A stretch of DNA of 64,000 nt, from the NCBI GenBank assembly GCA_032718475.1, contig JAUCBJ010006812.1, positions 17,511 through 81,510 of the forward strand, given 5' to 3'. Shown here piece after piece: positions 49,001-61,469 of this stretch. The position numbers and the translations under genes were made by a program. This stretch comes from Nemertoderma westbladi (Eukaryota > Animalia > Xenacoelomorpha). How positions within the stretch are numbered: position 1 is the stretch's first letter; each line of letters begins with the position of its first letter. Under the pieces are notes generated by a model, which made no database searches, was not told where the DNA came from, and saw only the letters and a list, made by a program, of their open reading frames with translations.

Positions 49001-52000
49001 CTCTGAAGACGACAGCCCCCCCACGATTGCTTCCAACAATTGCGCCTCCGCCAGACACCACACCCTGTTGGTTGATCTCGTTGCCAAGGAGTTGAAGGTG
49101 TCTGCTAACGACGTTGTGGATTTCGATTTGTATTTAGCTGATTGTCAACCCGGATGCATTGGCGGGGTGTTGGAGGAATTCGTACACGCGCCGCGATTGG
49201 ACAACCAGTTCAATGCTTTCTGTGGCGTCGAGGCTCTCATTGGTAGTTTGGATTCATTAGCGAACGATGCTAATATAAGAATCCTAACTATGTACGATAA
49301 TGAAGAGTGCGGCTCGCAATCTGCACAGGTTGGTTCCGTTTTACTCTCTATTTGATTGGCGTGTTATTAAATTCATTAAATAATTATCAGTATTCTTCCA
49401 CCAAATGAGTTATGTACCGAGCGATCGCAGCGAGGGATGTCTACAAAAATAAACAAGAGTCATAAACGCTGAAGTGCCATTTGAATACAATTGTACTTAA
49501 TTTTGTTACATTTTCTGAACTTATCGGGGTTCCTATAATATTTCAAGATATACCCCCATGCGGGGTAAAACAGGTATCGATAAAACTAAATAAAGAGTAT
49601 TTTTATAGTAAAATTAATTTTAGTAAATAAATAGATAAATGGGTCAATGCCAACCTTATTGATCAAGTTACGTAGGGGACAAAAAATATACAAAAATGTA
49701 AATCATTCGAGAATGAATGGTCGGTTGGCTTTGATAATTTGATTTCCGAATACACAATAATCGGTCCCCTCCTGCAGTGATACACTTAAAGCACAGTTTG
49801 TTATAGAAAAGGCTACATCGAATTTAAAAAAATCGTCACTTACGGGACAAATTTCAAATTTTGTTTTTGTGATTACGGGCTCATTTAGGCCATTAAAATT
49901 ACAATTCAGGTGTCAAACGATTAATATCCTTCCGGTACGGAGCCCGGGAAGGGACAGAAAAAAATATTTTCCTAACACGAGCCCTCAAGTTAGCTAACAC
50001 GAGCCCTCAAGTTAGCTAACACGAGCCCTCGTGCTAGCTAACACGAGCCCTCGTGCTAGCTAACACGAGCCCTCGTGCTAGCTAACATGAGCCCTCGTGT
50101 TAGCTAACACGAGGGCTCGTGTTAGAAAAATATTTTTTTTATGTCCCTTCCCGGGCTCCGTACTCCTGAGTAGAATTCCTGTGAACAAATAAGCGTAGCT
50201 TCGTTGTAAATTTGAGATATCAGAAATTAAAAAAAAATAGTTTTTTGTCACATACGTGACACTCGGTAAATGATTAATTTAATAGCATATAAATTGTCAA
50301 ATATGGGCCATTAACCCGATGTGTTAACACACAGTTAACATATTCTTCCATGTTGTTCAATTAGATTACCGATTTTTGATGGTTTAGCAGGTCATATGGA
50401 TAAATTGCGTGAGCGTGTCCAAAAAAGTGTCCCATACGCGAATAGAAAACGCGAACTCATAAAGATTTAGATCACCATATCCATTTCTCTGATAGTTTTG
50501 CCATGTATGGGTTGTATCAGGGAGACTGCTACGTAAACATTTATTTGGCCAGGTTGAAAAAAACTGCCATGTCCCATTGTGTTGGGGGCAGAAGTTAATC
50601 ATGGTCAAAACAATTAATACTGACATTTAATTAATGGTTGGGGGCTTACCAGTCACAGATAAACTGTAATCTGTTCCTTCCCCTTACTTGACAACAGACC
50701 AAATTTCTTTATTACCAAATTAACTATTTGTGGAAAAGGTTTTGAGATTGGGACATTAGTTGAGAGTGGGATGTAAGTTGGGAATGGAACAGGAGTTGGC
50801 AGTGGGAAGGACGATAAACAGGACTTAAATTCTAGTACTGAGCAGTTGTTTGAAGAATCTCATGATTTTTTTTAATTGGAAAATAAATGTCATAATTTAT
50901 AATAATCGTTTCCATGTAATTTCCTTCCTATACCATATCAATATGTCCCAAACATGACATCAAAAAACTGTCTATTTACATTTTCAAATTAATTTTTTGA
51001 TATAAAATAACGATTTCAGTTTAACATATGCAACATTTTGTGTATCACATTGTTATTAACAGGAAAAAACATTTAGCCCCACTTTTCACGGCGGCAAAGT
51101 TTCCCAGAAAGTGAAACTTTGTGTTGTCACTCAATGAAAACTTTATTTTTAGTGAAAGAATTTTTAAATTTTTTCTCACCAGAATATGGACATAAAATAA
51201 GAAAAAAATATTTATAGATTTCCCATACGTGACAAAAAAATTTTCTCAATTTTAGCATTTTGGAATGTTTCTCTCAATAACGGCCAATAAATTTTTGGGG
51301 CCCTTTCTGGTTTCATATGCAGAAATTATCGCTCTTTCTAAACACCACTATGGCAAATTCTCAAAGTTAATTTCAAAATTCAACAAATTTCAAAAATCAC
51401 CACGGGACATTGGTCAATATGGTTGGCATTGACCCAAATAAGTAATTCGTAAATAATAGTTAGGGTGGGGGGGGGGGGGGGTCGATTCTGCTGCGGTTGC
51501 GATGATTGCCGGAGACGGATAGATTAGGCACGATAGTGCGTGGTAGCCGAGGGTACACGATTGGCCACAGAATGTGCTCGTACATTCCGGTGTGAGTGAG
51601 CGGTAGGGGGTCCTGTTTACACACAACTTACAATGGAAACCGAGTGCAGTGAGCCGGGTAACTATGTGGCGGTGGGCTCGGTACTGTTGGATTACTTCAC
51701 AGTTCAATGTTTCAGTCTGTGTTTCAGTCAATGTTACAGTCTGGTGAAAATTCACCAACTAATTTTAGTGGTAGACTTGATGATGCCGATTGGTGTAGTC
51801 CAAGCATCCGATGCGTTTTATAAGAAAGGGAAGACTTTAATTTTGACGATTTTCATGCCAGTTTCAGTTGAAATTAGAGGAAGTTTTGTAAGAGAGACCA
51901 TTGATTGTTGCATAACGCCTTAATTTTCTTCGATTTTTTGTTTTTACTGAAAGAAAGGGAGTTTATCGGGGTTCTATGCGTTAATTATTAATCACTTTAA

Positions 52001-55000
52001 TATTGAAATGCTTTAAGAATATTGATATTAATATTCACAGTTTTAAACTTTTAAACAATTATTTTTTAAGGAATTTTTAGTTGGTTGCATCTTTCCGATG
52101 TCACCATGAAATTGCAGATTATTAACACTTAAACTGGTAGAAACACATATTTGTGTTTTAAGTGTTAAGCTTTCAGAAAGTAATTATTGTTTACATTATT
52201 TTGATGACAATTACTTTGAAGTTATTTACCCCAGATTCGGTCAGACAGTTAGGGGTTCATCTGATATCACTTTTTTTTAATATCCGGTGCGCCTCCTAGT
52301 GATAGTATTAGTTTTGGGATCTGATATTATTTATTATGAGATTGGCGTCAGTGTTTACTGTTTACCTCACAATTGGACCCAATCGGAGAATCTTATTGGA
52401 CTTATTCAGCCAGAGGATGCCGATATTTACTATGAATAATTCAACTTATAAATAAATGTATCGATGAAGACTTATTGTCATAAAATCTATATGAGCTAGA
52501 CACCCAATTGCGTTGGAGCGCTTACTGAGTGAACTGGGCGGTACGCCGTTGCTAAGATACCGACTAAGACACCTACCCCTCGGACACCCACTACAGTTCC
52601 CATATTTCCTTACATCTCCAGGGGGCACGGTCTGCCTTTACTGAGAACGTTTTACGACGACTTATCCAACTGGATGCGACCCCACCCGTAGTCAATGGAT
52701 ACGAGTTAACTATAGCTCGATCTTTCCTAGTTAGCGCGGACCAAGCACACGCCTTACATCCTAATTACCCAGAGAAACACGAAGACAAACACAAACCGAC
52801 CTTCCACGCGGGTCCCGTGATTAAATCGCATTGCAACCAGTGTTACACAACGACCGATCTAACGTCGACTATTCTACGTGAGGTTGCTGCCAAGGTTAAC
52901 GTACCAATGCAGGTAAATATAACAGAGATATAATGTTGCTTTACTGCTCTATAGGAGTTACTTGATAATAGAAAATAATCCATCGGCAAGCAAATCCTGT
53001 TATTATTAATCGATGTATCTAACACTAGCAGACTGTACCGTTCAGGCAACTGCAAACTTTAAATTCGCTAAAACTTCCGACTTCGTTGGTTAAATTTTAC
53101 AATATTAGGTCCAAACGTTTCTGATTGGATGTTCTATTATATCCTATTAGGCTGATAACACAAAAAACTACCCAAAGGTTCACTTGTTCACATTGACGGA
53201 TTGTCACTTAACTATAGGAATTTTTTTATTATTTTTTTCATTTTTATAACAATATTATAATTAACATTAATTAGTAAGTATTGATTCTATTATTATCCTC
53301 ATACATTTATTTGCGCTCACTCAATACGTTCGGTCGTGTATTGAACCATTCAGAGCATCATTAAGTGCTACTTTCATACAATAATGTTAAATAGTTACAT
53401 ATTTTACTTTGCCCTGCTTGTTTTACCTTTCCAGGAATATTGTGTGAAGAATCATTCTCCTTGTGGTAGTACCATCGGCCCCATGCAGTCTGCTTTACTG
53501 GGTTTGCGGACCATTGATATCGGTTGCGCTCAGTTTGCAATGCATTCTATACGGGAGATGTGTTCAACCACCAGCGTCGAACAAAACATCACATTGCTTA
53601 AGGTAAGACCGTCAAGTATCACAAATAATAGGAAGAGTAGAGTAATGCTATATATATAAGGTGTAATTTGCTACTCTCTGTTCACTTTTTGTTTTTTGCC
53701 CGGAAAGAAAGACTTAACACATGTTGTATGAGAAAGTAGATCTTCGTCATACACCAGAACAAACAACAGCTCAACAAAATTAAATTAAATTCCACCAAGA
53801 TGTAAGCCGGTTCGATAGGATATCAATATTCTATATTACCTACGATATACAAAATTTGATACAAAATTAATTAATACACATGATATAGACATTTACAGTT
53901 GAAACATATAAACTTTGCAATATATCGAGAACGAAGCAAATCTGATTTCACATTCGGAATCAACATGATGAACTGGTTCCATTGTTTAGGCATGGGATGT
54001 GGTGCCACTGGATAGATCGATATATTTATTGACCCAAGATATTCGCGGTAAAGACACATAGTACATAAACGGGTGTAAACGTAAAACGGACAGAAGTTTG
54101 CGGGCAGGTTTACGGACAGGTTTGCGGACAAGTTTGCGGACAGGTTTGCGGACAGGTTTGGGGACAGGTTTACGGGCAGGTTTGGGGACAGGTTTACGGA
54201 CAGGTTTGCGGACAGATGTTTGCGGGCAGGTTTACGGGCAGGTTTACGGACAGGTTTGCGGACAGATGTTTGCGGGCAGGTTTACGGGCAGGTTTACGGA
54301 CAGGTTTGCGGACAGGTTTGGGGACATGTTTACGGACAGGTTTGCGGACAGATGTTTGCGGGCAGGTTTACGGGCAGGTTTACGGACAGGTTTGCGGACA
54401 GATGTTTGCGGGCAGGTTTACGGGCAGGTTTACGGACAGGTTTGCAGGTTTACGGACAGGTTTGCGGACAGATGTTTGCGGGCAGGTTTACGGGCAGGTT
54501 TACGGACAGGTTTGCGGACAGATGTTTGCGGGCAGGTTTACGGCAGGTTTACGGACAGGTTTGCGGACAGGTTTGGGGACATGTTTACGGACAGGTTTGC
54601 GGACAGATGTTTGCGGGCAGGTTTACGGGCAGGTTTACGGACAGGTTTGCGGACAGATGTTTGCGGGCAGGTTTACGGGCAGGTTTACGGACAGGTTTGC
54701 GGACAGGTTTGGGGACAGGTTTACGGACAGGTTTGCGGACAGATGTTTGCGGGCAGGTTTACGGGCAGGTTTACGGACAGGTTTGCGGACATGTTTACGG
54801 AAGGTTTGCGGACAGATTTGCGGACAGGTTTGCGGACAGATGTTTGCGGACAGGTTTGCGGACACGTTTACGGACAGGTTTGCGGACAGGTTTACGGACA
54901 GGTTTGCGGTCAGGTTTGCGGATAGGTTTGCGGACAGGTTTGCGGACAGATGTTTGCGGGCAGGTTTGCGGACAGATTTGCGGACAGGTTTGCGAACAGA

Positions 55001-55339
55001 TGTTTGCGGACAGGTTTGCGGACACGTTTACGGACAGATTTGCGGACAGATGTTTGCGGGCAGGTTTGCGGACAGGTTTGTGGGCACGTTTACGGACAGA
55101 TTTGCGGACAGATGTTTGCTGGCAGGTTTGCGGACGGAGACAGAGATTTGCGGACTTATTATTTAGTATCTTGACATAATTATTAATTAATACTTACTAA
55201 CTCAACTCAAGGTTATTATTATTATTATCTTTCAATTTACTGAATTACTTTCCACTAGTTTTCTCATATTTTTCAGGGATTTTTCGAACACTATCCTGGG
55301 ATATATTCGACATTTCAGATGGAATATCACTCGGATTAA
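37060..55339 (+). CDS. DNPEP: Aspartyl aminopeptidase (M18), isoform A, 472 aa; exons 37060-37159, 37896-38074, 42809-43059, 48962-49328, 52622-52912, 53435-53602, 55277-55339
   Basis: [90 protein letters not shown]. All introns are GT-AG and phase-consistent. AATAAA at 55395. Confidence 0.95.
38471..38610. repeat. Near-perfect 140-bp palindrome in DNPEP intron 2
   Basis: agattatcgcctgtcccagaaggtgatatacggttataaaa ... ttttataaccgtatatcaccttctgggacaggcgataatct. Confidence 0.9.
39561..42138. repeat. 21-bp minisatellite (~122 units) in DNPEP intron 2
   Basis: Unit atatagtagttacattgttac. Confidence 0.97.
43045..47985 (+). repeat. 37-bp minisatellite (~133 units) made of the DNPEP exon-3 end plus its 5' splice site
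   Basis: Unit TCTGGAGACCAACCT|GTGAGTATAATGTGTATCTCGG; the first unit is the real exon 3/intron 3 junction (43059|43060). Confidence 0.97.
49641..51435. mobile_element. Non-autonomous DNA transposon (Sola-like) in DNPEP intron 4
   Basis: TIR gggtcaatgccaacc(t/a)tattga(t/c)caa at both ends, with a 4-bp AAAT TSD (AWWT type). Confidence 0.75.
49938..50160. mobile_element. MITE with TA TSD, CGG...CCG termini and internal 21-bp repeats, nested in 49641-51435
   Basis: TA|cggagcccgggaagggaca ... tgtcccttcccgggctccg|TA; internal gctaacacgagccctc repeats. Confidence 0.88.
54095..55155. repeat. 12-14-bp minisatellite (ggacaggtttgc variants) in DNPEP intron 6a
   Basis: Tandem gg(a/g)caggttt(a/g)c with interspersed gatgtttgc variants. 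Confidence 0.95.
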
Positions 55340-56181
55340 TGGCTCCAACTCCATTATCGAGATTAGACTGTTTGATTAGGTTGTGGGTTTGTCAAATAAA
55401 CATTTATCATTATAGTTTAGACAAAAAGTGCTATTTCCCGATACTTTATTCATATCCAATAACATTAGTTGATTGATTTCGTTGTTGGCTAAATATATAC
55501 ACATGGAATAATTTGATATCTTTAATCATTTTTGCTAGAAATTTGTGCTGTTTGTATTTTTGTCAATAGGTTCTGGTTGTATTTTGGTATTGTATTTCTG
55601 TTCAATATTATATGGAATATTTACAAATTTACTTAATTAACTTAATTAAATTTACAAATTTTGAAAATTTACATATTTCAACCATTCACTTTCTAGTTTG
55701 TTTATATATCTCCCTATGAGGAAGATGTGCTTTATTTCCTTGCCATTGTGAAATTGTATTAAATTTTTCTATATAACAGATTTATTGTTATAATTCTCCA
55801 TAAACTTCACCACCGCACACTGCACAACATAGGCTTATATTTATTTAGAAACAAGTATTATTGTGCATGCCTACCGATCCGGTTTAAAGGATTTACATTT
55901 GAACCTTTTGCCTTGCATGAATAATGACTAACTCACTGTAGCATTAACTGATAAAACCGAGCATTACCCTTCAGAAGCAATGTATCCTACTCGCGTGGAA
56001 ATGATCGACCACCATATACTACATAAGATCTCATATTGCCCTATTGTACCTGTTAGTAGTACATAATTAGTAACCCCGATTTTGGTTTTTGAATTTCACG
56101 TAAGCACATTTTAATAAGGATTTAAAATAGGAATTAAACAGTTTTAAGCGAGATAAGAAAGAAGCCCACCACGTAGCTGAA

Positions 56182-56226
<45 letters not shown>
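56182..56226. repeat. (GGC)n trinucleotide microsatellite
   Basis: About 15 uninterrupted units. Confidence 0.9.
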
Positions 56227-56227
<1 letters not shown>

Positions 56228-56337
56228 ATCGGCGGGTTTATTGGAGGGTAATTTTATTTCAATGAATATTAATTTATTTTATTTTTGCGTCTGATTTCAT
56301 GTGCGTGTTGGGAAATAAATGGTAATAAACTAATTGT

Positions 56338-58343
56338 TCCACAGAGCCCCACTAGATACAGCTAAAATATGGACACATATTAGCTGTATCTAGTGGGGCA
56401 CTGTGGACACATATTAGCTGTATCTAGTGGGGCAACTACTGTGGACCCATATTAGCTGCATCTAGTGGGGCACTGTGAACCCATATTAGCTGTATCTAGT
56501 GGTGCTCTGTGGACCCATATTAGCTGTATCTAGTGGGGCTCTGTGGACCCATATTAGCTGTATCTAGTGGGGCAACTACTGTGGACCCATATTAGCTGCA
56601 TCTAGTGGGGCACTGTGAACCCATATTAGCTGTATCTAGTGGTGCTCTGTGGACCCATATTAGCTGTATCTAGTGGGGCAACTACTGTGGACCCATATTA
56701 GCTGCATCTAGTGGGGCACTGTGAACCCATATTAGCTGTATCTAGTGGGGCACTGTGGACCCATATTAGCTGTATCTAGTGGGGAAATACTGTGAACCCA
56801 TATTAGCTGTATCTAGTGGGGCTCTGTGGACCCATATTAGCTATATCTAGTGGGGCACTGTGGACCCATATTAGCTGTATCTAGTGGGGAAATACTGTGA
56901 ACCCATATTAGCATTATCTAGTGGGGCTCTGTGGACCCATATTAGCTGTATCTAGTGGGGCTCTGTGGACCCATATTAGCTGAATCTAGTGAGGCACTAC
57001 TGTGGACCCATATTAGCTGTATCTAGTGGGGCACTGTGGACACATATTAGCTGTATCTAGTGGGGCAACTACTGTGGACCCATATTAGCTGTATCTAGTG
57101 GGGCACTGTGAACCCATATTAGCTGTATCTAGTGGGGCTCTGTGGTCCCATATTAGCTGTATCTAGTGGAGCTCTGTGGACCCATATTAGCTGTATCTAG
57201 TGGGGCAACTTCTGTGGACACATATTAGCTGTATCTAGTGGGGCTCTGTGGTCCCATATTAGCTGTATCTAGTGGGACACTACTGTGGACCCATATTAGC
57301 TGTATCTAGTGGGGCACTACTGTGGACACATATTAGCTGTATCTAGTGGGGCACTGTGGACAGCTGGACACATATTAGCTGTATCTAGTGGGGCACTGTG
57401 GACACATATTAGCTGTATCTAGTGGGGCAACTACTGTGGACCCATATTAGCTGTATCTAGTGGGGCACTGTGAACCCATATTAGCTGTATCTAGTGGGGC
57501 TCTGTGGTCCCATATTAGCTGTATCTAGTGGAGCTCTGTGGACCCATATTAGCTGTATCTAGTGGGGCAACTTCTGTGGACACATATTAGCTGTATCTAG
57601 TGGGGCTCTGTGGTCCCATATTAGCTGTATCTAGTGGGACACTACTGTGGACCCATATTAGCTGTATCTAGTGGGGCACTACTGTGGACACATATTAGCT
57701 GTATCTAGTGGGGCACTGTGGACAGCTGGACCCATATTAGCTGTATCTAGTGGGGCTCTGTGGACCCATATTAGCTGTATCTAGTGGGGAAATACTGTGA
57801 ACCCATATTAGCTGTATCTAGTGGGGCTCTGTAGACCCATATTAGCTGTATCTAGTGGGGCACTGTGGACCCATATTAGCTGTATCTAGTGGGGCTCTGT
57901 GGACCCATATTAGCTGTATCTAGTGGGGCACTGTGGATACATATTAGCCTTATCTAGTGGGACACTACTGTGAACCCATATTATCTGTATCTAGTGGGGC
58001 TCTGTGGACCCATATTAGCTGAATCTAGTGAGGCACTACTGTGGACCCATATTAGCTGTATCTAGTGAGGCACTACTGTGGACCCATATTAGCTGTATCT
58101 AGTGGGGCTCCGGGGACCCATATTAGCTGTATCTAGTGAGGAAATACTGTGAGCCTGATACTAATAAACTAATACTGTGATCTAGTGGCGCTCTGTGAAA
58201 CCATATTAGCTGTATCTAGTGGGGCTCTGTGAAACCATATTATCTGTATCTAGTGGGGCTCTGTGGACCCATATTAGCTGTATCTAGTGGGGCTCTGTGA
58301 AACCATATTATCTGTATCTAGTGGGGCTTTGTGAAACCATATT
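56338..58343. repeat. 38-41-bp minisatellite immediately upstream of the exon 5b acceptor; first unit inverted
   Basis: Unit catattagctgtatctagtggggctctgtggacc; 56338-56370 is its reverse complement. Confidence 0.95.
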
Positions 58344-58364
58344 TCTATTATGTTTGCGTTGCAG

Positions 58365-59401
58365 GGAGGAATGTCGGCCTTTACGGATAATGTGTTGCGA
58401 CGATTCATCCAATCAGATGCGGCCTCAAAGGTTTTCAATGGATACGAATTATCAATAGCAAGATCACTTCTAATGAGTTGCGACCAATCACATGCCTTGC
58501 ATCCTAATTACGCTAATAAGCACGAAGGCAAGCACACACCGACAATGCATTCTGGCCCTATAATTAAAACAAACTGCAATCAACGTTATGCGTCTACCGA
58601 CCTAACATCTGCTATTGTTCGCGAGGTAGCTAATAGGTCTAAAGTGCCCATACAGGTAAGTCGATTATTATTGATATATTACAATATCTTAGCGTCTATT
58701 TTATTTAACATTTTGTTACACAACTAATTACGATGTTTCACATTCATTTAGGAATTTGTTAGACGAAGCGAACATCAACCCGCACTAGGTGCCACCTCGT
58801 TCGGTAATAAGATAGCGTCCATCCTGGGTATCCGAACAGTCGATGTTGGGGGTGCCCAGTTAGCAATGCATTCCGTAAGAGAAATGGCCCATGTCGATGC
58901 TATAACATACATGGTTCGGTTAATGATTGTAAGTTATATATTAGATGCTATTAACCCCCCTCGGTTCACTATAACTGACAGAGTTGGGGAGTGGGGAGGG
59001 GAGGTGGATTAAATTGGTTAGCATAACGTCTACCACGACTGTAACCTGATCCTTTGCCCTAAATATTCTTACCGCATTAATACAAACAGGTACACACAGG
59101 TACAGTACCACGTAGCCCCCCCCCCCCCCCCCCCCCTCCCCCCCTACTGTTGATCTTGATATTTTAGCAGTAACCTCTCACTATAACCTCTTAAATCTCA
59201 ATATAAGCTCTCAAAATCAGTTCGCTACAGTTTTTTTTTTAATTATTATTTTTATTTTAACTTCCGTGATATTAATTATATATTATTAGATATTCTTCAT
59301 CCTATTTTATTTTGTTTCAGGGATTATACGAACAATATCCCGAGATTTTCAAATCATTTCAGATGGAATATCAAATTGAATTAGACTTACGAATTGAATG
59401 A
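58365..59401 (+). CDS. DNPEP: Second DNPEP C-terminal cassette (exons 5b-7b: 58365-58655, 58752-58928, 59321-59401); putative alternative isoform B (481 aa with shared exons 1-4)
   Basis: Same exon phases as 5a-7a, intact frames and canonical splice sites; SCDQSHALHPNY, GPIIK, AMHSVREM, GLYEQYP..FQMEY. No duplicate of exons 1-4 is seen upstream. Confidence 0.85.
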
Positions 59402-59697
59402 TGTAACAACATTCAAATTATATAAAATATCACGTCCGTTTAATGTTGGTATGATCCAATAATAATAATAACAAATAATATTAAATAATATAATCGAATC
59501 GACTTTTCAGATATTAAACCACCACTACCACTTAAACCACTCCCCACTACCCACACGCTGCGAAGATATATTTCCATTGGAATCCTTTCCGGAGGAAAAT
59601 CAAAGCAAAAATAACAAGTGCACCACAGCAATAATACACTGTTACCCATTGAAATTATTTGTAAAGTGACATGCCGACTTTAGGGCGTTTGTATACA

Positions 59698-60025
59698 TCA
59701 TGATAATTATTAAAACGACAAGGAGTTTCATCGCCCAATGAACACTTCAATATAATTATATAAACAGTGGATTAATTTCTCCCCTTTGGGGCATCGTCAG
59801 CACAAAAACTACTGCACTACAGTTAGGCCAAACAGAAAACACTAACATATACTGAAATAGACTACCAGTCACTCACAAAACGATGTATATGTACAGTACA
59901 AATAACAACACTCCGCCTACGGTTGTTATGTGGTTAAAAGGACCGTGCAGCCACGGTCCGTAGAGCTAACAACATAAGTGTTCATTGGGCGATGAAACTC
60001 CTTGTCGTTTTAATAATTATCATGA
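59698..60025. mobile_element. MITE-like element with perfect 50-bp inverted repeats
   Basis: tcatgataattattaaaacgacaaggagtttcatcgcccaatgaacactt (59698-59747) and its reverse complement (59976-60025). Direct repeat ctgttacccat at 59639 and 60026. Confidence 0.75.
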
Positions 60026-60486
60026 CTGTTACCCATGCTATACCCGCCGTGTGGTTACTCATAGAATGTAACGACAGCGTTCAACTGCGAGATATATGTG
60101 ACGGAATCGCGTCTTACAGTATGTTAAACAATGGGAGAAGGCTATCTGATTCGAAACATCGACATCAAAACATCGACTTGCACTCTTTAGGAGCCGAGCC
60201 TTTAGAAATTCAAAATTTAAATTCGCGGCAAGTGATTTAAACGACACCAAAATTTTTGTATTAATATGCATTACCGTGGTTAAGATATAGGCCTATCTGC
60301 AGTCTGGTAGTTGCTACACCTTGAACTCCGCGCCCATGTTGAAGTTTATTCACTCAGATATTGTTTCCATTCCTTTATTTGCAACGATATTATTCTCTAT
60401 TTTAATGTCTATCTCTATTCTCTCTAATCTGTCCGTTTCCCTCATTGGTAATTAAATTCTTTATAGTTTCGGTTATACTACTACTA

Positions 60487-60757
60487 AAAGTAAAAAAAAG
60501 TAAATTTTCTTCGGCCGCTAGGCCAGGGATTACGCACAAAGTCTGACGACTTATTTCCAGTGCGGTCCCCCCAGAACTTTAATCCCCAGAGGAAACTCCA
60601 GTACTCAATTAGCTTCCACTTAAGGATGCAAGGCAGACATGCGCCCTGGCTGGTCCCTTTAAAGCATTCGTGCCGAAACGAAAACTGCCCTGTCCCATGT
60701 GAGGATCGAACCCACGACCTACATGAGATGTGAATTCAATACAACCACTACACCAAG
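60487..60757 (-). mobile_element. tRNA-derived SINE
   Basis: Minus strand TGGTGTAGTGG (A box) ... GGTTCGATCC (B box); the body contains gccttgcatcctt..aattgagtac (reminiscent of conserved SINE central domains); T-rich 3' end. Confidence 0.65.
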
Positions 60758-60839
60758 GTGGAACCTACGATCGGCATGCTGCATTGCAGCTACATTAAAT
60801 ATATTTTACATATATATTAAGAAAGCTGTGCCTGGCTTA

Positions 60840-61410
60840 TCGACAAAATTGCGCCGCCACAACTCTCTCTCACCCATGACATTTGCTAGATCATCCGCAT
60901 CTTCAAGGTCAGTGTCCTTTAGATGCGTCTCAAGAAAGTCATGGCCTGTCCACCATGCTTATTCGCTCCATGAGAGCGCCAAAGCACAAGATTATGCACT
61001 GGTTGGTCCTCACGGCGAAAGCAATGTCCTGCAAAGCGGAGGCAGTTCCGTTCAAGTGTAAAGCTAGGGGAGACTAATGGAACACCTCCAATGTTGTGTA
61101 GAGTCTGATTGGAGATATATTCATTGTACTTGACAAAAAGAACCCGGCGCAGCATTCTTGTGAAAATGCCATCAAGAGATTTGGTATCCTCTGCAGCATG
61201 AACCTCCATATAAGAGTACTGGTACTACTAATGGCATAAATGATCGAACCTTGAGTTTCCGTTTTATTTTAAGGGACTTCCAAATCCTGGACAGACTATT
61301 TAACGCTGCCCATGCCTTCCCCTTACGTATCCGAAGGCCTTCACCTGACTTTCTGATCCATGATCCCAAGTAGTAGAAGTCATCTACGTGCTCAAGTAAG
61401 CCGTCCTTAG
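60840..61410 (-). mobile_element. Frameshifted RTE-clade LINE reverse transcriptase C-terminal fragment
   Basis: LEHVDDFYYLGSWI, RKGKAWAALNSLSRIWKS, VLLYG, LDGIFTRMLRRVL, LRFAGHCFRREDQPVHNLVLW. Confidence 0.9.
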
Positions 61411-61469
61411 AGCTTATCCCCTTGGTTATAAAAGCCCGTAAATACTCCCTTCTCACTATTGGTAACAAC

